This document shows, one piece after another, positions 63,828 to 64,000 of a DNA stretch of 64,000 nucleotides (its first letter is position 1; each line of letters starts with the position of its first letter). The notes under the pieces were generated by a model. It saw only the letters and a list, made by a program, of their open reading frames with translations. It searched no databases and was not told the origin of the DNA. Both the position numbers and the translations under genes were made by a program. The stretch lies in NCBI GenBank assembly GCA_963810495.1, contig CAWENP010000001.1, positions 153,924 to 217,923 on the forward strand, in the 5' to 3' direction. This DNA comes from an uncultured delta proteobacterium (GTDB lineage Bacteria > Desulfobacterota > Binatia > Binatales > Binataceae).

Positions 63828-64000
63828 ATGGATATTTTTGCACCTTCCCATTTATTGGTTCTGCTGGTGATCATCCTGATCATTTTCGGCCCGAGTAAGC
63901 TCGGCGACGTTGGCGGCGCGCTGGGCAAGGCGATCAAGGACTTCAAGAAGGCGATGAACGACCCTGAAACCCCGAATCCACAAGCGCAGAAGACCGCCGA
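63828..64000 (+). CDS. tatA: Twin-arginine translocase subunit TatA/E (3' end beyond the window)
   Basis: MDIFAPSHLLVLLVIILIIFGPSKLGDVGGALGKAIKDFKKAMNDPETPNPQAQKTA. Confidence 0.8.
   Translation, partial: MDIFAPSHLLVLLVIILIIFGPSKLGDVGGALGKAIKDFKKAMNDPETPNPQAQKTA

Overview
A 64 kb segment of a high-GC (about 67%) bacterial chromosome. It is mostly conserved housekeeping genes in recognisable syntenic blocks. On the minus strand at the start is a MeaB/ArgK GTPase, partial at the window edge. Then follow ispE, tRNA-Gln(UUG), prs, rplY and dnaE. After that come a K+ channel, trxB, moaC, rlmI, a VOC protein and an LLM oxidoreductase, a ParB-like protein, a GST, an RNase E/G-family enzyme with a large low-complexity insert, an HNH endonuclease, smc, ftsY, a ZapB-like protein, zapA, a 5-FCL ligase, rny, and a tRNA-Gln(CUG)-tRNA-Glu(CUC) pair. 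The next block holds msrB, def, a cobalt-type nitrile hydratase operon (beta-alpha-accessory), an orphan ABC ATPase, cca, an AI-2E transporter, tRNA-Val(GAC), and the block thrS-infC-rpmI-rplT-pheS-pheT-ihfA followed by a MerR regulator. The final block holds a YihY/BrkB protein, a zinc-ribbon/adenylate-cyclase/STAND-ATPase/TPR giant protein, a frameshifted glycoside-hydrolase-like::GT2 fusion, a PAS histidine kinase with a sigma-54 (NtrC-type) response regulator, and the start of tatA. Two patches are clearly lower in GC and look horizontally acquired. The first is a roughly 1.25 kb stretch with an AT-rich block directly downstream of the tRNA-Gln/tRNA-Glu pair. The second is a roughly 3.7 kb decayed integrative island inserted into the 3' end of the NtrC-type regulator gene. 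It is bounded by a 38 bp direct repeat (attL/attR-like) and carries three TTGGTGAC arm-type-like repeats, a truncated tyrosine integrase, a c-type cytochrome, a beta-helix gene remnant, a small ORF flanked by about 60 bp direct repeats, and a DUF3800 protein (possible RNase-H-like nuclease). No CRISPR array or rRNA gene was seen.
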